A stretch of 64,000 nucleotides of DNA from Deltaproteobacteria bacterium (GTDB lineage Bacteria > Myxococcota_A > Polyangia > JAAYKL01). How positions within the stretch are numbered: the stretch's first letter is position 1; each line of letters opens with the position of its first letter. The position numbers and the translations under genes are program-made. The notes below the pieces were generated by a model. That model was not told the origin of the DNA. It saw only the letters and a list, made by a program, of their open reading frames with translations, and ran no database searches. Shown in pieces: positions 19,312-28,994 of this stretch. The stretch is from assembly GCA_016935665.1 (NCBI GenBank), contig JAFGQN010000148.1:69384-133383 (forward strand), read 5' to 3'.

Positions 19312-19622
19312 TGCACAGTACCAGAGAATTTTCTTTTCGAAAATTCAAACTCGCGCAACAGGATATGGCTTCCGCGTTCAATGGGTGTGACAATACGCCC
19401 AAAGAAGCGATTACCATGGGAATTGCGACTATTCCTTGGGCAAAGGAAATTGCCCTTATTGCCACTGGATCCCACAAGGCCGTAATTGTTCACCGTCTAC
19501 TGAATACACCATCGTCACAGGAAGTTCCAGCGTCCTATCTTCGGAAACATAACCGCACCACGGTCTATCTTGACGAGAGTGCCGTAAAAACGTCAATGAA
19601 GTCAAATTCATCGCAATTGTAA
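19311..19622 (+). pseudogene. nagB: C-terminal fragment of a glucosamine-6-phosphate deaminase (NagB) / 6-phosphogluconolactonase-family gene
   Basis: ...AITMGIATIPWAKEIALIATGSHKAVIVHRLLNTPSSQEVPASYLRKHNRTTVYLDESAV aligns with the last roughly 70 aa of NagB (B. subtilis ...LTMGMGTIL...ISGKSKAEAVRKLLEG...FPASALHLHSDVTVLIDREAA). The N-terminal roughly 190 aa of the fold are absent. Its ATG overlaps the GH130 stop. Confidence 0.55.
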
Positions 19623-19701
19623 TTGGCTCGAAATCTGCACAGCTTAGTTGTGTCAAAGATCACTGACGGACATTGGTGATTTCTAAAAATGGGGAGCAAT
19701 C

Positions 19702-19992
19702 ATGAGCTATGATATGAACAACGCCATTGAAAATACTGAGGCAGAAAAACGATATGCAGTTACGTATGAAATTCATCATACGACAATGGACTTGCATGAA
19801 GCTCTCGTCTTATACCGGGAGCTCGTGAGTGATTATCCAGAAAGTAAAGAGGCTCGCGACTCAAGGCAGCAAATCCACAATATAGAAAAGCTGCTGATAC
19901 CCACGATAACACAATTCGATAGACAGTCAGACCTGGTTCGATTTTATTTCAATCACACCACCCCCCTGAATCGGAAGCCTGTTTCAAATTGA
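19702..19992 (+). CDS. Hypothetical small protein (96 aa) immediately upstream of the B12-radical-SAM gene
   Basis: A strong SD (GGGGAG) lies 8 nt before the ATG. There are no recognisable motifs, and it sits 40 bp upstream of the radical-SAM ORF. Confidence 0.4.
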   Translation: MSYDMNNAIENTEAEKRYAVTYEIHHTTMDLHEALVLYRELVSDYPESKEARDSRQQIHNIEKLLIPTITQFDRQSDLVRFYFNHTTPLNRKPVSN

Positions 19993-20033
19993 TACCGTTT
20001 ACCGAGAAGTTCAACGAATAAGGTTGCTTAAAC

Positions 20034-21635
20034 ATGAGAATTTTAATGCCATTGCAGAATAGAAACGAAATACAAAGAAAATCGAAACAGGAAGAACCCA
20101 ACGATGCAGCCTGTGAAGCGACCACCGATATCCTCACTAAACCGCGTTTGTATCTTATCAACCCTTCGAACCCGCAGGTTTCGATGATAAACACAGGGGA
20201 AAGTCGTTGGAATCGCTACCGCGTCTGGAAGCCGCTTGGTTTGATGATCATTGCCGGACTGACCCCTGAAGACTGGGATGTCACTGTAATTGACGAAAAC
20301 CTAAGTGTTCCCGAATACGCATCAATGCCGAGGCCGAATCTCGTCGGCATCACTGCCTTCACTTCACAGGCACATCGTGCGTATTCACTCTCCTCTCATT
20401 TTCGAAGCAATGGCGTGCCAGTTGTGATTGGCGGTATTCACGCGTCAATGTGCACAACGGAAGCATTGGAATATGCAGATAGTGTCGTATCAGGGGAGGC
20501 GGAGAGTGTCTGGTCCAGGGTACTGGCTGATTCTCTTGCTGGTCAGTTGAAGCCGCTGTATGAAGGAGGATTCGCCGAATTGACAGAGATGGTTCCGGCT
20601 CGGCATGACCTTCTGCGGAACAAATACGCCTTTGGCGCAGTTCAAACAACACGCGGCTGTCCACTGCAGTGCAGCTTTTGCAGCGTTACTGCGTTTAATG
20701 GCGCACGTTTTCGCCAGCATCCAATAGAGCATGTTGTCAGTGAGTTAAAAAATATTCCGGAAGACCTGGTGTTGATTGTTGACGATAACCTTATCGGTAC
20801 ACGCATTGACCATAGTGAGCGGGCAAAGACGCTTTTTCGCGCAATGATCGTTGCTGATCTTAAAAAGCAATGGATTGCACCGGTCACCATCAATGTTGCC
20901 AATGATGATGAGCTTCCTGGGTTGGCTACTGCTGCAGGGGGCAGGGGAGTTTTTATTGGTTTCGAATCTCCCGATCCCAGCACAAGCAAAGAGTTGGCCC
21001 GGAAAAACAACCTTTGCCGACGAAAGGATTTAAAAGAAGCTGTTCAAACAATCCAGAAACACGGCATTCTGGTCGTGGGTTCCTTCATCATTTGTCTCGA
21101 CGGTGACACGCCGGGAATTGGAAAGCGCATCGCCGATACGGCGGAACGATATGGTGTCGATTTTGCAAATGTATTGTTTCTTACGCCTCTTCCTGAAACC
21201 AAATTATGGGAAATAATGGTGGCGCAATATCGTGTACCACTTTGCAATTTTCCCAGCGATTGGCGTTACTTCACCTTGACGTTTCCAGTTGCCCGTTTTT
21301 TGGGATTCAGTGCAAAAGAAGCTGTGAACGAAATGATGGTCTGCTCCAAACGGTTCTATTCGATTCCGCGGATATTGAGGCGTCTGTGCCGTCATCTGTG
21401 GCGTGGACAAAAAGTTGCGTTTGGCTTCGTCGGGGGCATGTCATTTCGAAAAAATATTCCAATAGAACGACGGCAACTCACTGCTTTCCTGATGCAATCT
21501 GACGATAACGTTTCTTCTGTGAACCCCAATACAACAGAAGCTTCTGGACGTCGTAACTCTACAAGCGAGAACCGAACCCAACAACAAAGTGCTCAACATT
21601 TTGCATCCGAAAATGTTGAGCGGACAAATATGTGA
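20034..21635 (+). CDS. B12-binding-domain radical SAM enzyme (class B radical-SAM methyltransferase-like)
   Basis: An N-terminal Rossmann-like cobalamin-binding domain (LVGITAFTSQAHRAYSLSSHFRSNGVPVVIGGIHAS) is followed by the radical-SAM core with the CPLQCSFC (CxxxCxxC) cluster motif. The real start is possibly at an internal Met. Confidence 0.75.
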   Translation: MRILMPLQNRNEIQRKSKQEEPNDAACEATTDILTKPRLYLINPSNPQVSMINTGESRWNRYRVWKPLGLMIIAGLTPEDWDVTVIDENLSVPEYASMPRPNLVGITAFTSQAHRAYSLSSHFRSNGVPVVIGGIHASMCTTEALEYADSVVSGEAESVWSRVLADSLAGQLKPLYEGGFAELTEMVPARHDLLRNKYAFGAVQTTRGCPLQCSFCSVTAFNGARFRQHPIEHVVSELKNIPEDLVLIVDDNLIGTRIDHSERAKTLFRAMIVADLKKQWIAPVTINVANDDELPGLATAAGGRGVFIGFESPDPSTSKELARKNNLCRRKDLKEAVQTIQKHGILVVGSFIICLDGDTPGIGKRIADTAERYGVDFANVLFLTPLPETKLWEIMVAQYRVPLCNFPSDWRYFTLTFPVARFLGFSAKEAVNEMMVCSKRFYSIPRILRRLCRHLWRGQKVAFGFVGGMSFRKNIPIERRQLTAFLMQSDDNVSSVNPNTTEASGRRNSTSENRTQQQSAQHFASENVERTNM

Positions 21636-21961
21636 CAACAGCAGCCCGTCACGAAGGGAAAGGCATAAAAATGAACGAAATACAACACTCTGCGAATAAA
21701 GATTCGAGCAGCAATGGTCTTAGGCGTATATCAGTATGGACATATTTCAGGCTGGTTATGGCACTTCTATGTGTTATCCTGGCAGGTGTTCTGGTGATTC
21801 AAAACGCGGTAGCGGTTCGAATGCGGATTCTTTTTTGGGATTTGGAACTGTCCATGGCGGTTGTACTGTTTTTCAGCGTAGTAGTTGGCGTGGCAATAGG
21901 AATATTCTTTTGTGCATGGCTTCTATGGAAACGACAGCATGGAAATGCCGGAGGAAAGTGA
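21632..21961 (+). CDS. Small inner-membrane protein, LapA/YciS-like (DUF1049-like)
   Basis: Two TM helices and RILFWDLELSMAVVLFFSVVVGVAIG resemble the LapA domain. Its start overlaps the radical-SAM stop (ATGTGA). Confidence 0.4.
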   Translation: MTTAARHEGKGIKMNEIQHSANKDSSSNGLRRISVWTYFRLVMALLCVILAGVLVIQNAVAVRMRILFWDLELSMAVVLFFSVVVGVAIGIFFCAWLLWKRQHGNAGGK

Positions 21962-22226
21962 TGAGTGCGCCAAATTTGCTCTGGTGGGCTTGGCATTTAT
22001 GTACTTCGGCCAGCCGCTTCGGCAGTAAGGAAAAGCAGATTTATTTGTGTCTCAATCATCGAATTCAACTCGACCTTTATTCTGTGTGCCTCTTTTTTGA
22101 GACGCTGGATGACCAATTAAGGAGTTGTCAACATTCATGCCAACACTTTTTGAATGAACAGTTTAAACGGAAGCAGGGTATAGATATTGCTATAACTGCA
22201 GAGCAGTTAATGGAATAAAAGATCAG

Positions 22227-23231
22227 ATGAAAGAGCATGGAATCATGAACCCCAAAAAAGAGATTACAGCCATCGTGATCAATCCAACCGCGCGAGACGG
22301 TCAGACCGGAAAAAACTGGCCATTGACGGAAAGAATCCTCCGGGAACACGAGATAAAATTTGACACGTTCGAAATGGGGGCTGACAGCAACATCGTTGCG
22401 ACGGTCAAAGAGATCGCCAAGGCCGGTTATGGACGTATCGTTGGCGCGGGGGGGGATGGTACTCAGAATGCCGTCATCAACGGAATAATGCGATCCGACG
22501 TGGAAGTGCGCCCGGAATACGGTATTCTTCCGTTCGGTACGGCGAATGACACTGGAAAATCCTTCGGACTTTCCGTGCAGGAGTGGAGCGAAAGGGAACT
22601 GCACATGTGCGCCAGAGCGCTGGTCGCAGGAACGAAGTACAATCTTGACCTGGGCCTTGTGAATGGACACAGATATTTTGCCAGTTCCCTGACCATTGGC
22701 TTCGACGCGGTTGTACTTCGGGACAGGAATGCAAACAGACACGAGCGAATGGTGATGCGCAGTGGCATTGAAAGCTATCTGCCGAGTCTGTTTGGGAATT
22801 TGATTAAGGAATACAAACAGCCGAACGTTCGCATTCGGGCAGATGGTGTGGCGCTTGATCATTCTCACCTGTTCAATCTTGTCGTGGAGAACGTCAGAAT
22901 TTATGCAGGAGGTTTCATTTTGAGCAAAAATATTCGAAGTAACGATGGGTTACTTGACGCGTTTTTGTATTCGAACCCAGAAGCCTACACATCGGAAATC
23001 GGAACCCAGGTGCTGAAAAAGCTCCTTCGACTTGATCCCACCGGTTTATCCACCGAATTTGTCGATATTGCCGTACAAAACGGCGACCATAGAAAAGCCC
23101 GAAGTATCGATATACAAATCGCTGCAAAATTACCATCGCTGGTCGATGGGGAAGAGTACCGGGAAGACAACCATTTCAAAGTAGAATGCATCAGGCACGC
23201 ATTACAATTGATCATTCCTTACGAGTTTTAA
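22227..23231 (+). CDS. Lipid kinase of the diacylglycerol-kinase catalytic-domain family (YegS/BmrU-like)
   Basis: The GAGGDGTQNAVING motif (GGDGT) and the overall DAGK_cat organisation are present. Confidence 0.7.
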   Translation: MKEHGIMNPKKEITAIVINPTARDGQTGKNWPLTERILREHEIKFDTFEMGADSNIVATVKEIAKAGYGRIVGAGGDGTQNAVINGIMRSDVEVRPEYGILPFGTANDTGKSFGLSVQEWSERELHMCARALVAGTKYNLDLGLVNGHRYFASSLTIGFDAVVLRDRNANRHERMVMRSGIESYLPSLFGNLIKEYKQPNVRIRADGVALDHSHLFNLVVENVRIYAGGFILSKNIRSNDGLLDAFLYSNPEAYTSEIGTQVLKKLLRLDPTGLSTEFVDIAVQNGDHRKARSIDIQIAAKLPSLVDGEEYREDNHFKVECIRHALQLIIPYEF

Positions 23232-23288
23232 ACGAGTATTGTGTCTATATCGTGTGTCCGGGACCGTTCGCGCAATGGCAAAAACGAG

Positions 23289-23708
23289 TCAATTATTCGT
23301 GGGAACAGGCAGATTCTTCGATTTGGCGCTATCCAGTAGCTCGCGCACCATGGTGGCAAGATGGCCCATCTGAACCGGCTTTAACATAAGCTCTTTAATC
23401 CCCAATGTGCGCGCTTTGCTTTCGTCTATTGTGCTGCAGTAACCGGTGCACAGAATTATTGGCATATCTGGGCGGATTTCAAGGATTTGCCTGGCCAGAT
23501 TCTCACCAGTCATCTGCGGCATGGTCTGGTCCGTTATGACAATATCAAATCGATTCGGTTCGTCTGTAAACATTGCCAGCGCCGTTACCCCGTCAGCGAC
23601 GGTGGTCACCTTGTATCCCAGTTGTTCCAATGCGGTTTTTCCCAGTATAGTGAGCATTTCCTCATCGTCCGCAAAAAGAATCCTTCGATTTACAATCTGG
23701 CGACGCAT
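23289..23708 (-). CDS. Stand-alone response-regulator receiver domain protein (CheY-like)
   Basis: ILFADDEEM...FDIVITDQTMPQMTG...PIILCTGY...LMLKPV: the acidic pocket, the phospho-Asp and the conserved Thr/Lys positions are all present. Confidence 0.7.
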   Translation of the reverse strand: MRRQIVNRRILFADDEEMLTILGKTALEQLGYKVTTVADGVTALAMFTDEPNRFDIVITDQTMPQMTGENLARQILEIRPDMPIILCTGYCSTIDESKARTLGIKELMLKPVQMGHLATMVRELLDSAKSKNLPVPTNN

Positions 23709-23841
23709 CTAAACTGGAGGTCCTTCGTGAACACGTTTGCTCGTATCAATACTGGATGCACTACGGTGAATGCTGGATGCTGCAGGAGGACACGATTGTC
23801 ACTTCGCAGAGGGGACGGTAACAGCGCATTGGATCTATCCA

Positions 23842-24732
23842 CTATTGGTTTGATGCGTAGGATTCCGGTTCAATGATGATTTCGACGCGTCGATTATTAG
23901 CTCGTCCTTCGGGACTGTCGTTATTCGCGATGGGTTGCTCCTCGCCACGGCCACGGGCCAGAATGCGATCGGATTGGTAGTCTCGCTGCACAAGATAATT
24001 GCGAACCGCATCTGCGCGGCGCTGGGACAAGTCCATGTTGTCGTCGTTCGAACCCTGTGAGTCGGTATGTCCTTCCACGATAAGATGACGTTCACGGGTC
24101 GTGAGAAGCACCTTGACCACAGCGTCCAGACGGGTTCTGGCATCGGGCAATAAATCTGATTTTCCGGATCTGAAAAGCACGCTTCCAGACAGAGTGATCA
24201 CCGTTCCCCGGGATTCATTCTTAACCTGGGCAAGTTTGGCCAATGACGCGATTGCATCTGCCGCTTGCTGTTGCGCCAGAAGTCGCGCTTTTTTCTCCGC
24301 AGCCAGTTCCTCCTTCTTCAGTTCGCCATTCTGTTGTGACGCTAACAGATCTTCGCGTGTCTGATTCAGGTTTTGCTGAGACGCCTCGAGAGCATCGTTC
24401 TGCTCTTTACGGTAATCGCTATTCGCCTGAGATTGGTTTTTCTTCTCGGCGATGATGGAGGCAGTTGCCTCAGCCACCTGTATCTTACGTTCCGCAATAT
24501 AGGCAAGATCCCGCGTCATATACGATTCCGGATTTTCCTTAAAGGACTCTTCCGCCTCTGCGAGCGCCAGCTCTGCCACGTGCAGCTCCGCTGGTGCTAC
24601 CCGGGCTGTTTCCCCCGCAATAGCGCGCCGATAGGCTTCGCGAGCGTTTGAGAGTTCCTTTGGGATGGCTGCTGCGCAGCTGATGCAAAATGCAGCGCAG
24701 GCAACAGTAATTAAAATTCTATTTCTTTTCAT
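23842..24732 (-). CDS. OmpA-family peptidoglycan-binding lipoprotein with N-terminal DUF4398-like and coiled-coil regions
   Basis: A signal plus lipobox (ITVACAAFCISCAA) is followed by a Gln/Glu-rich coiled coil. The C-terminal OmpA_C domain carries ...NMDLSQRRADAVRNYL...NRRVEII. Confidence 0.8.
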   Translation of the reverse strand: MKRNRILITVACAAFCISCAAAIPKELSNAREAYRRAIAGETARVAPAELHVAELALAEAEESFKENPESYMTRDLAYIAERKIQVAEATASIIAEKKNQSQANSDYRKEQNDALEASQQNLNQTREDLLASQQNGELKKEELAAEKKARLLAQQQAADAIASLAKLAQVKNESRGTVITLSGSVLFRSGKSDLLPDARTRLDAVVKVLLTTRERHLIVEGHTDSQGSNDDNMDLSQRRADAVRNYLVQRDYQSDRILARGRGEEQPIANNDSPEGRANNRRVEIIIEPESYASNQ

Positions 24733-24773
24733 TTGATGAATCCTTTCATGTGACCGTTTGGTATTGCGTACCG

Positions 24774-25094
24774 TTACTGGTTGCTTTCTCTGAATTCACG
24801 TACACGTTTCACTGCGGCTTCGGCTTCCGTTTTTTCCGCATCCTCGCGGGAAAGCAGGAGTGCCAGTTCTGCGTCCGCCTTTGACCGAAGCAGCATCGAG
24901 TCAGCCATCCCCTTTTCGTCTTTTTCAGCCAACTCCCTGGCATGTGCCAGCTCCTCTTTTGCCAACTGCAGATGCAGCGAAGCGTTTGGCACGTCAGCCG
25001 CGCCGACCTCCTCAGCGGCGCGAATCCCCGACGTCGACGCCTCTGTTTTCAATGGCGCGCTTGCGCAACCAGCGGTGATTGCGATAATCGCCAT
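24774..25094 (-). CDS. Small lipoprotein (DUF4398-like helical protein) upstream of the OmpA-family gene
   Basis: Signal/lipobox MAIIAITAGCASAP followed by a helical, Ala/Glu-rich sequence. The start codon is ambiguous (alternative Met at 25226). Confidence 0.4.
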   Translation of the reverse strand: MAIIAITAGCASAPLKTEASTSGIRAAEEVGAADVPNASLHLQLAKEELAHARELAEKDEKGMADSMLLRSKADAELALLLSREDAEKTEAEAAVKRVREFRESNQ

Positions 25095-25595
25095 CACCAG
25101 AATTTTAAAGAGAATAGCATCAGAAAATGTGACTACTTTGGGAGAATCAATTTCAGATAAAGTACATGCCTTGACGTTGAGCAAAACGGCCCATCTGCCC
25201 GGCTGTGGTTTCCAGATAACCACCATGTTGGGAAAAGGGTTTGGTGAATAGCGGGATATGAAGATATTGTGTAGCGCCTTCCAATTCAATAACGGAATTC
25301 CAAAAAATTGGCAGGAGGTTTCCATGCGCCCTGAGCCAATCGATTCGCTCTTTGCCTCGACTTACCAGAAACGGTTTTATTTGCTTCTGCAGTACAGTAT
25401 CCCCCCCGACCCAAACGCCACATTCCCATTGTTTAAAGACCAGGAGTTCGCCACTATTTAAAACAACACCAATTTTGTGGATTTGTAGTACGATAGAGCC
25501 TTAACAGAAAGGTGGTCCGCCGTCTGGTGGATATAACACCTCGGTATATGAAAAAAATCGTCCATGGCACTCTCAGGTGTACGCGTAAAGGAGCA

Positions 25596-27602
25596 ACGAT
25601 GAAATACCTGGCACTACTGTCATTTAATCTTATCTGGCTTGTCGGATGTTCACAGAACAATTCCAATACATCTGCAAGCGACGGGGACACCGACAGCGAT
25701 ACGGATACGGATTCAGATACGGACTCGGATGCGGACTCAGATACGGACACAGATTCGGATGCCGACACCGACACCGATTCGGACTCCGACGCCGATACGG
25801 ACTCGGACGCCGATTCGGACACCGACACCGATTCGAACACCGACAGCGATACGGATACCATACCCGTGGACACGTCGGCACTGGCGTCGTGCAGAGGGCT
25901 TGTCGCGGTCCCCGATTCGGGCGGCGTGTATGTGGGTTGGCGCTTCAAAGCCACCGACCCCACCGATCTTGCGTTCAACGTGTATCGCGATGGGACAAAA
26001 GTGAACAGCGAGCCGCTTTCGGGAGCAACCAATATTCTGGACGCCGACGGCAGCGCCGGGGACAGTTACACGATTCGTCCGGTTCTTGACGGAGAAGAAC
26101 AGGAGGCATCCCCTGCCAAAAAAGCGCTTACCCAAACGTATGTGCGCATTCCTCTGGCACCGGGCACCACCCAGGCGGGTCGTCTGGTGGGGACGGCAGA
26201 CTTGAACGGCGATTGCGAATATGATTTTGTGGTCAAACGTTCCAACGATGACCAGGATGTCACCCAGACCGCCGACCAGAGTCCCGCCACGATTGAGGAA
26301 ACCATCAAGCTGGAAGCGTACACTCACGATGGCAAATTTCTATGGCGACGGGATCTTGGATACAACGTGGAGACCGGCGTCTGGTTCTCGCCATTCTTTG
26401 TGTATGACCTCAATGGCGATGGCAAGGCGGAAATCGCGCTCAAGGCCAGTGAAGTGGGGGAGGATCTCGAAGGCGGCGAAGGTGATTTGAACAACGATGG
26501 CCAAACCGACTATCGCGCCGACAACGGCGAAGTATATATGCATCAGTATCCCGATATTGAGTTTCTCGAAGTGTGGGATGGTGAAACCGGCATCACCATT
26601 GCTCGAACGCCGTGGATTAGTGTGACGCCCTGGGGCTCCGATGGCTATCGATACGGGAGGAACATGATTGCGCCCGCCTATCTGGATGGCAACGATGGCA
26701 ATGCATCGATTATCGCCATGCGCGGCGGCAACACTCGCACAATAATTGAAGCGTTTGACCTGGTGGGCGATGAGCTGGTCCGCAGATGGGATGCCACCCG
26801 CTCTCCCAACGGTGGCAATTACGGCCACAACGTGCGCATTGGCGACATTGACGATGACGGTAAACAGGAGCTGCTCTACTTTACAGTGGCATTCGACGAC
26901 AACGGTGACGAACTGTGGAACACGCAGCAGGCCCACGGGGATCGCTTTTATCTGACTGACATCAATCCCGACCGTCCCGGGATGGAACTGTTTTATGTGC
27001 ACGAGTTTTCGGATGTGTACGACAGCCCCATTGACCTTCGCGCTGCCGAAAGCGGCGAAAAGCTGTGGGGGCCTGGGGGCGACTGGGGCGATGTGGGACG
27101 CGGTCTTGCGGCCAATATCGATGCCGACAGCCCCGGCTACGAGATGTGGGCCAGCGGCAGCGATGACCTGTACAGTTCAACCGGAGAAGTCATCGGCAAA
27201 GCCCCGAACGCCAACAACATGTCTATCTGGTGGGACAGCGATTTGGAGCACGAACATCTGGACGGCACATCCATCACCAAACCAGGGGGACAGGTGAACG
27301 CCCCCAACACTCAGGGATGCCGGCCCGGCAATCGCAACGCGCCCATGGGGTCGGGCGATGTATTGGGTGATTGGCGCGAAGAAGTGTGGTACATCTGTGA
27401 CAACAACAGCGAACTGCGCGTTTATACCACCACTGACGTCACCAATGTGCGGATGTACACGCCCATGCAGAATCCCGAATATCGCATGGGCGTGGCGGTT
27501 GAAACCCAGGGTTACATGCAGGCCCCTCAAACCGGCTTTTACGTTGGCAGCGACATGGCGCCCCCACCCGCGCCCTACATCCATATTCCCCCAGGCACCT
27601 GA
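25596..27602 (+). CDS. Secreted lipoprotein with a poly-(Asp-Thr/Ser) linker and a beta-propeller; probable rhamnogalacturonan lyase (PL11, YesW-like)
   Basis: An AGGAG SD precedes MKYLALLSFNLIWLVGCSQ (lipobox), then about 55 aa of D-T/D-S repeats. Repeated calcium-binding FG-GAP-like blades (YDLNGDGKAEIAL, GDIDDDGKQELLY, ADLNGDCEYDFVV) and the overall size match PL11 rhamnogalacturonan lyases. Confidence 0.5.
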   Translation, partial: TMKYLALLSFNLIWLVGCSQNNSNTSASDGDTDSDTDTDSDTDSDADSDTDTDSDADTDTDSDSDADTDSDADSDTDTDSNTDSDTDTIPVDTSALASCRGLVAVPDSGGVYVGWRFKATDPTDLAFNVYRDGTKVNSEPLSGATNILDADGSAGDSYTIRPVLDGEEQEASPAKKALTQTYVRIPLAPGTTQAGRLVGTADLNGDCEYDFVVKRSNDDQDVTQTADQSPATIEETIKLEAYTHDGKFLWRRDLGYNVETGVWFSPFFVYDLNGDGKAEIALKASEVGEDLEGGEGDLNNDGQTDYRADNGEVYMHQYPDIEFLEVWDGETGITIARTPWISVTPWGSDGYRYGRNMIAPAYLDGNDGNASIIAMRGGNTRTIIEAFDLVGDELVRRWDATRSPNGGNYGHNVRIGDIDDDGKQELLYFTVAFDDNGDELWNTQQAHGDRFYLTDINPDRPGMELFYVHEFSDVYDSPIDLRAAESGEKLWGPGGDWGDVGRGLAANIDADSPGYEMWASGSDDLYSSTGEVIGKAPNANNMSIWWDSDLEHEHLDGTSITKPGGQVNAPNTQGCRPGNRNAPMGSGDVLGDWREEVWYICDNNSELRVYTTTDVTNVRMYTPMQNPEYRMGVAVETQGYMQAPQTGFYVGSDMAPPPAPYIHIPPGT

Positions 27603-27841
27603 TTTATCTCTCGGTTTTGCTTTATAGCGGGGATTTCCACTATTGTCCCTGGCGCTGAAAAGCAAAACAGATGTCATTGCTGGAAACGCCAGCAAAGTTA
27701 TCAAGACGTTAAATGCAAGGGGCTTTGAAGATATTTATGTTGATGACGGCACGACAATGCAGGCGTTACTCAAGGCGGATTTAGTTGACGAAATGCGCAT
27801 CTTATGTGGTATGGTCACGTTAATTTCCGGAGGTTGGAACA

Positions 27842-28960
27842 TTGTTTGTTTTTTTAATTACATTACTCCTTGGGGGATGCGGGGGTACCAAACTCCTGAG
27901 TGCAGATACAGATACGCCTGTGACGCATCATACCGATGGGGGAGTTGGCACTGGCACCGATGCGGATACGGGAACCAGCGAAAATTCCGGCGCGGATTCC
28001 AGTAGCGACACTGGAACGAAACCCGGCCCAGACACTGGCCCAGATACCGGCCCAGAAGCGGGTACGGATTCAGGAACGGCACAACCCATTCATGTGGAGG
28101 CCAAAGAGTGGACCGGTGATGCGCGCATTATCGCCATTGGCGACAATCATGCCGATCTTTCCCAGGCACAGCGGGCGTTGCAGATAGCCCAGGTTATTAA
28201 CGAAAATCTGGTCTGGATAGGCAAAGACACCATTGTGGTTCAAACCGGAGACGTGATTGATCGGGGTACCGAAGAGCGGGAAGTTATCGATTTTTACGAA
28301 CGCCTTCGACCGGAAGCCGCCGCTGCCGGGGGACAGATTATCAACATGAACGGCAATCATGAAATTATGACTGCACAGGGGGACTATCGCTACATGCAGG
28401 AAAACGCCTGTGCGGCGTTCTCCTCCCTGCCCGGACTGGACACGTCCAATCCTGCGTTTGAAAATCTGACCAGCGATTGCAAAAAGCGCGCTGCGGCCTT
28501 TTGGCCAGGGGGCCCCTACGCCAAAATCATCGCCGACTGGCCCATGGTGGTGGTACTGGATAAAACTGTTTTTGTTCATGGCGGTCTTCATCAGAAACAC
28601 ATTGACTATGGTATCGACAAAATCAACGAAATGACCCGAGCATGGCTGCTGGGAGAGGGAGAACTCGATACCGACATGGTGGGGGGCGGCACTGCCGTAT
28701 ATTCTGTGGACTGGGATCGCACATACAGCAGCAACACGCTGCTGCCGGAAGAGACCATTTGCGCAGCCGCCAAAAACGTGCTCGATCAACTGGGCGCAGA
28801 CCGAATGGTAATGGGGCATACTGTTCAAACCCGTATCATCGGATTCTGCGACGGCAGGATTGTCCGAATCGACGTTGGTATGGCAGAATATTACGGTGGA
28901 AATATCGAAGTACTCGAAATCATCGACGGTCGGGTGACAGTGCTGGTTGATACGTTGTAA
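27842..28960 (+). CDS. Calcineurin-like metallophosphoesterase lipoprotein (PPP-family phosphatase-like)
   Basis: Lipobox LLLGGCGG and an acidic T/D/G-rich linker. The metallophosphoesterase motifs are IAIGDNHAD, GDVIDRG and GNHE. Confidence 0.7.
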   Translation: MFVFLITLLLGGCGGTKLLSADTDTPVTHHTDGGVGTGTDADTGTSENSGADSSSDTGTKPGPDTGPDTGPEAGTDSGTAQPIHVEAKEWTGDARIIAIGDNHADLSQAQRALQIAQVINENLVWIGKDTIVVQTGDVIDRGTEEREVIDFYERLRPEAAAAGGQIINMNGNHEIMTAQGDYRYMQENACAAFSSLPGLDTSNPAFENLTSDCKKRAAAFWPGGPYAKIIADWPMVVVLDKTVFVHGGLHQKHIDYGIDKINEMTRAWLLGEGELDTDMVGGGTAVYSVDWDRTYSSNTLLPEETICAAAKNVLDQLGADRMVMGHTVQTRIIGFCDGRIVRIDVGMAEYYGGNIEVLEIIDGRVTVLVDTL

Positions 28961-28994
28961 CGCGAATCAATGACGACAGCCTGAACGGTTTCCC

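Noticed and set aside
21736-22218. ORF 21736..22218 (+) overlapping the LapA-like gene and the lipid-kinase upstream region
   Set aside because: It overlaps a better membrane-protein ORF in another frame. Cys/Trp/Arg-rich composition and no motifs.
25630-26330. Multiple long antisense/alternate-frame ORFs over the poly-Asp tracts (for example 25630..25881 -, 25639..26004 +, 25646..26089 +, 25737..26327 -; likewise 31584..32173 and 52438..52918)
   Set aside because: GAY/AGY codon repeats are open in several frames. The products are Arg/Pro/His-rich low-complexity strings typical of out-of-frame readings, while the sense frames give proper lipoproteins.
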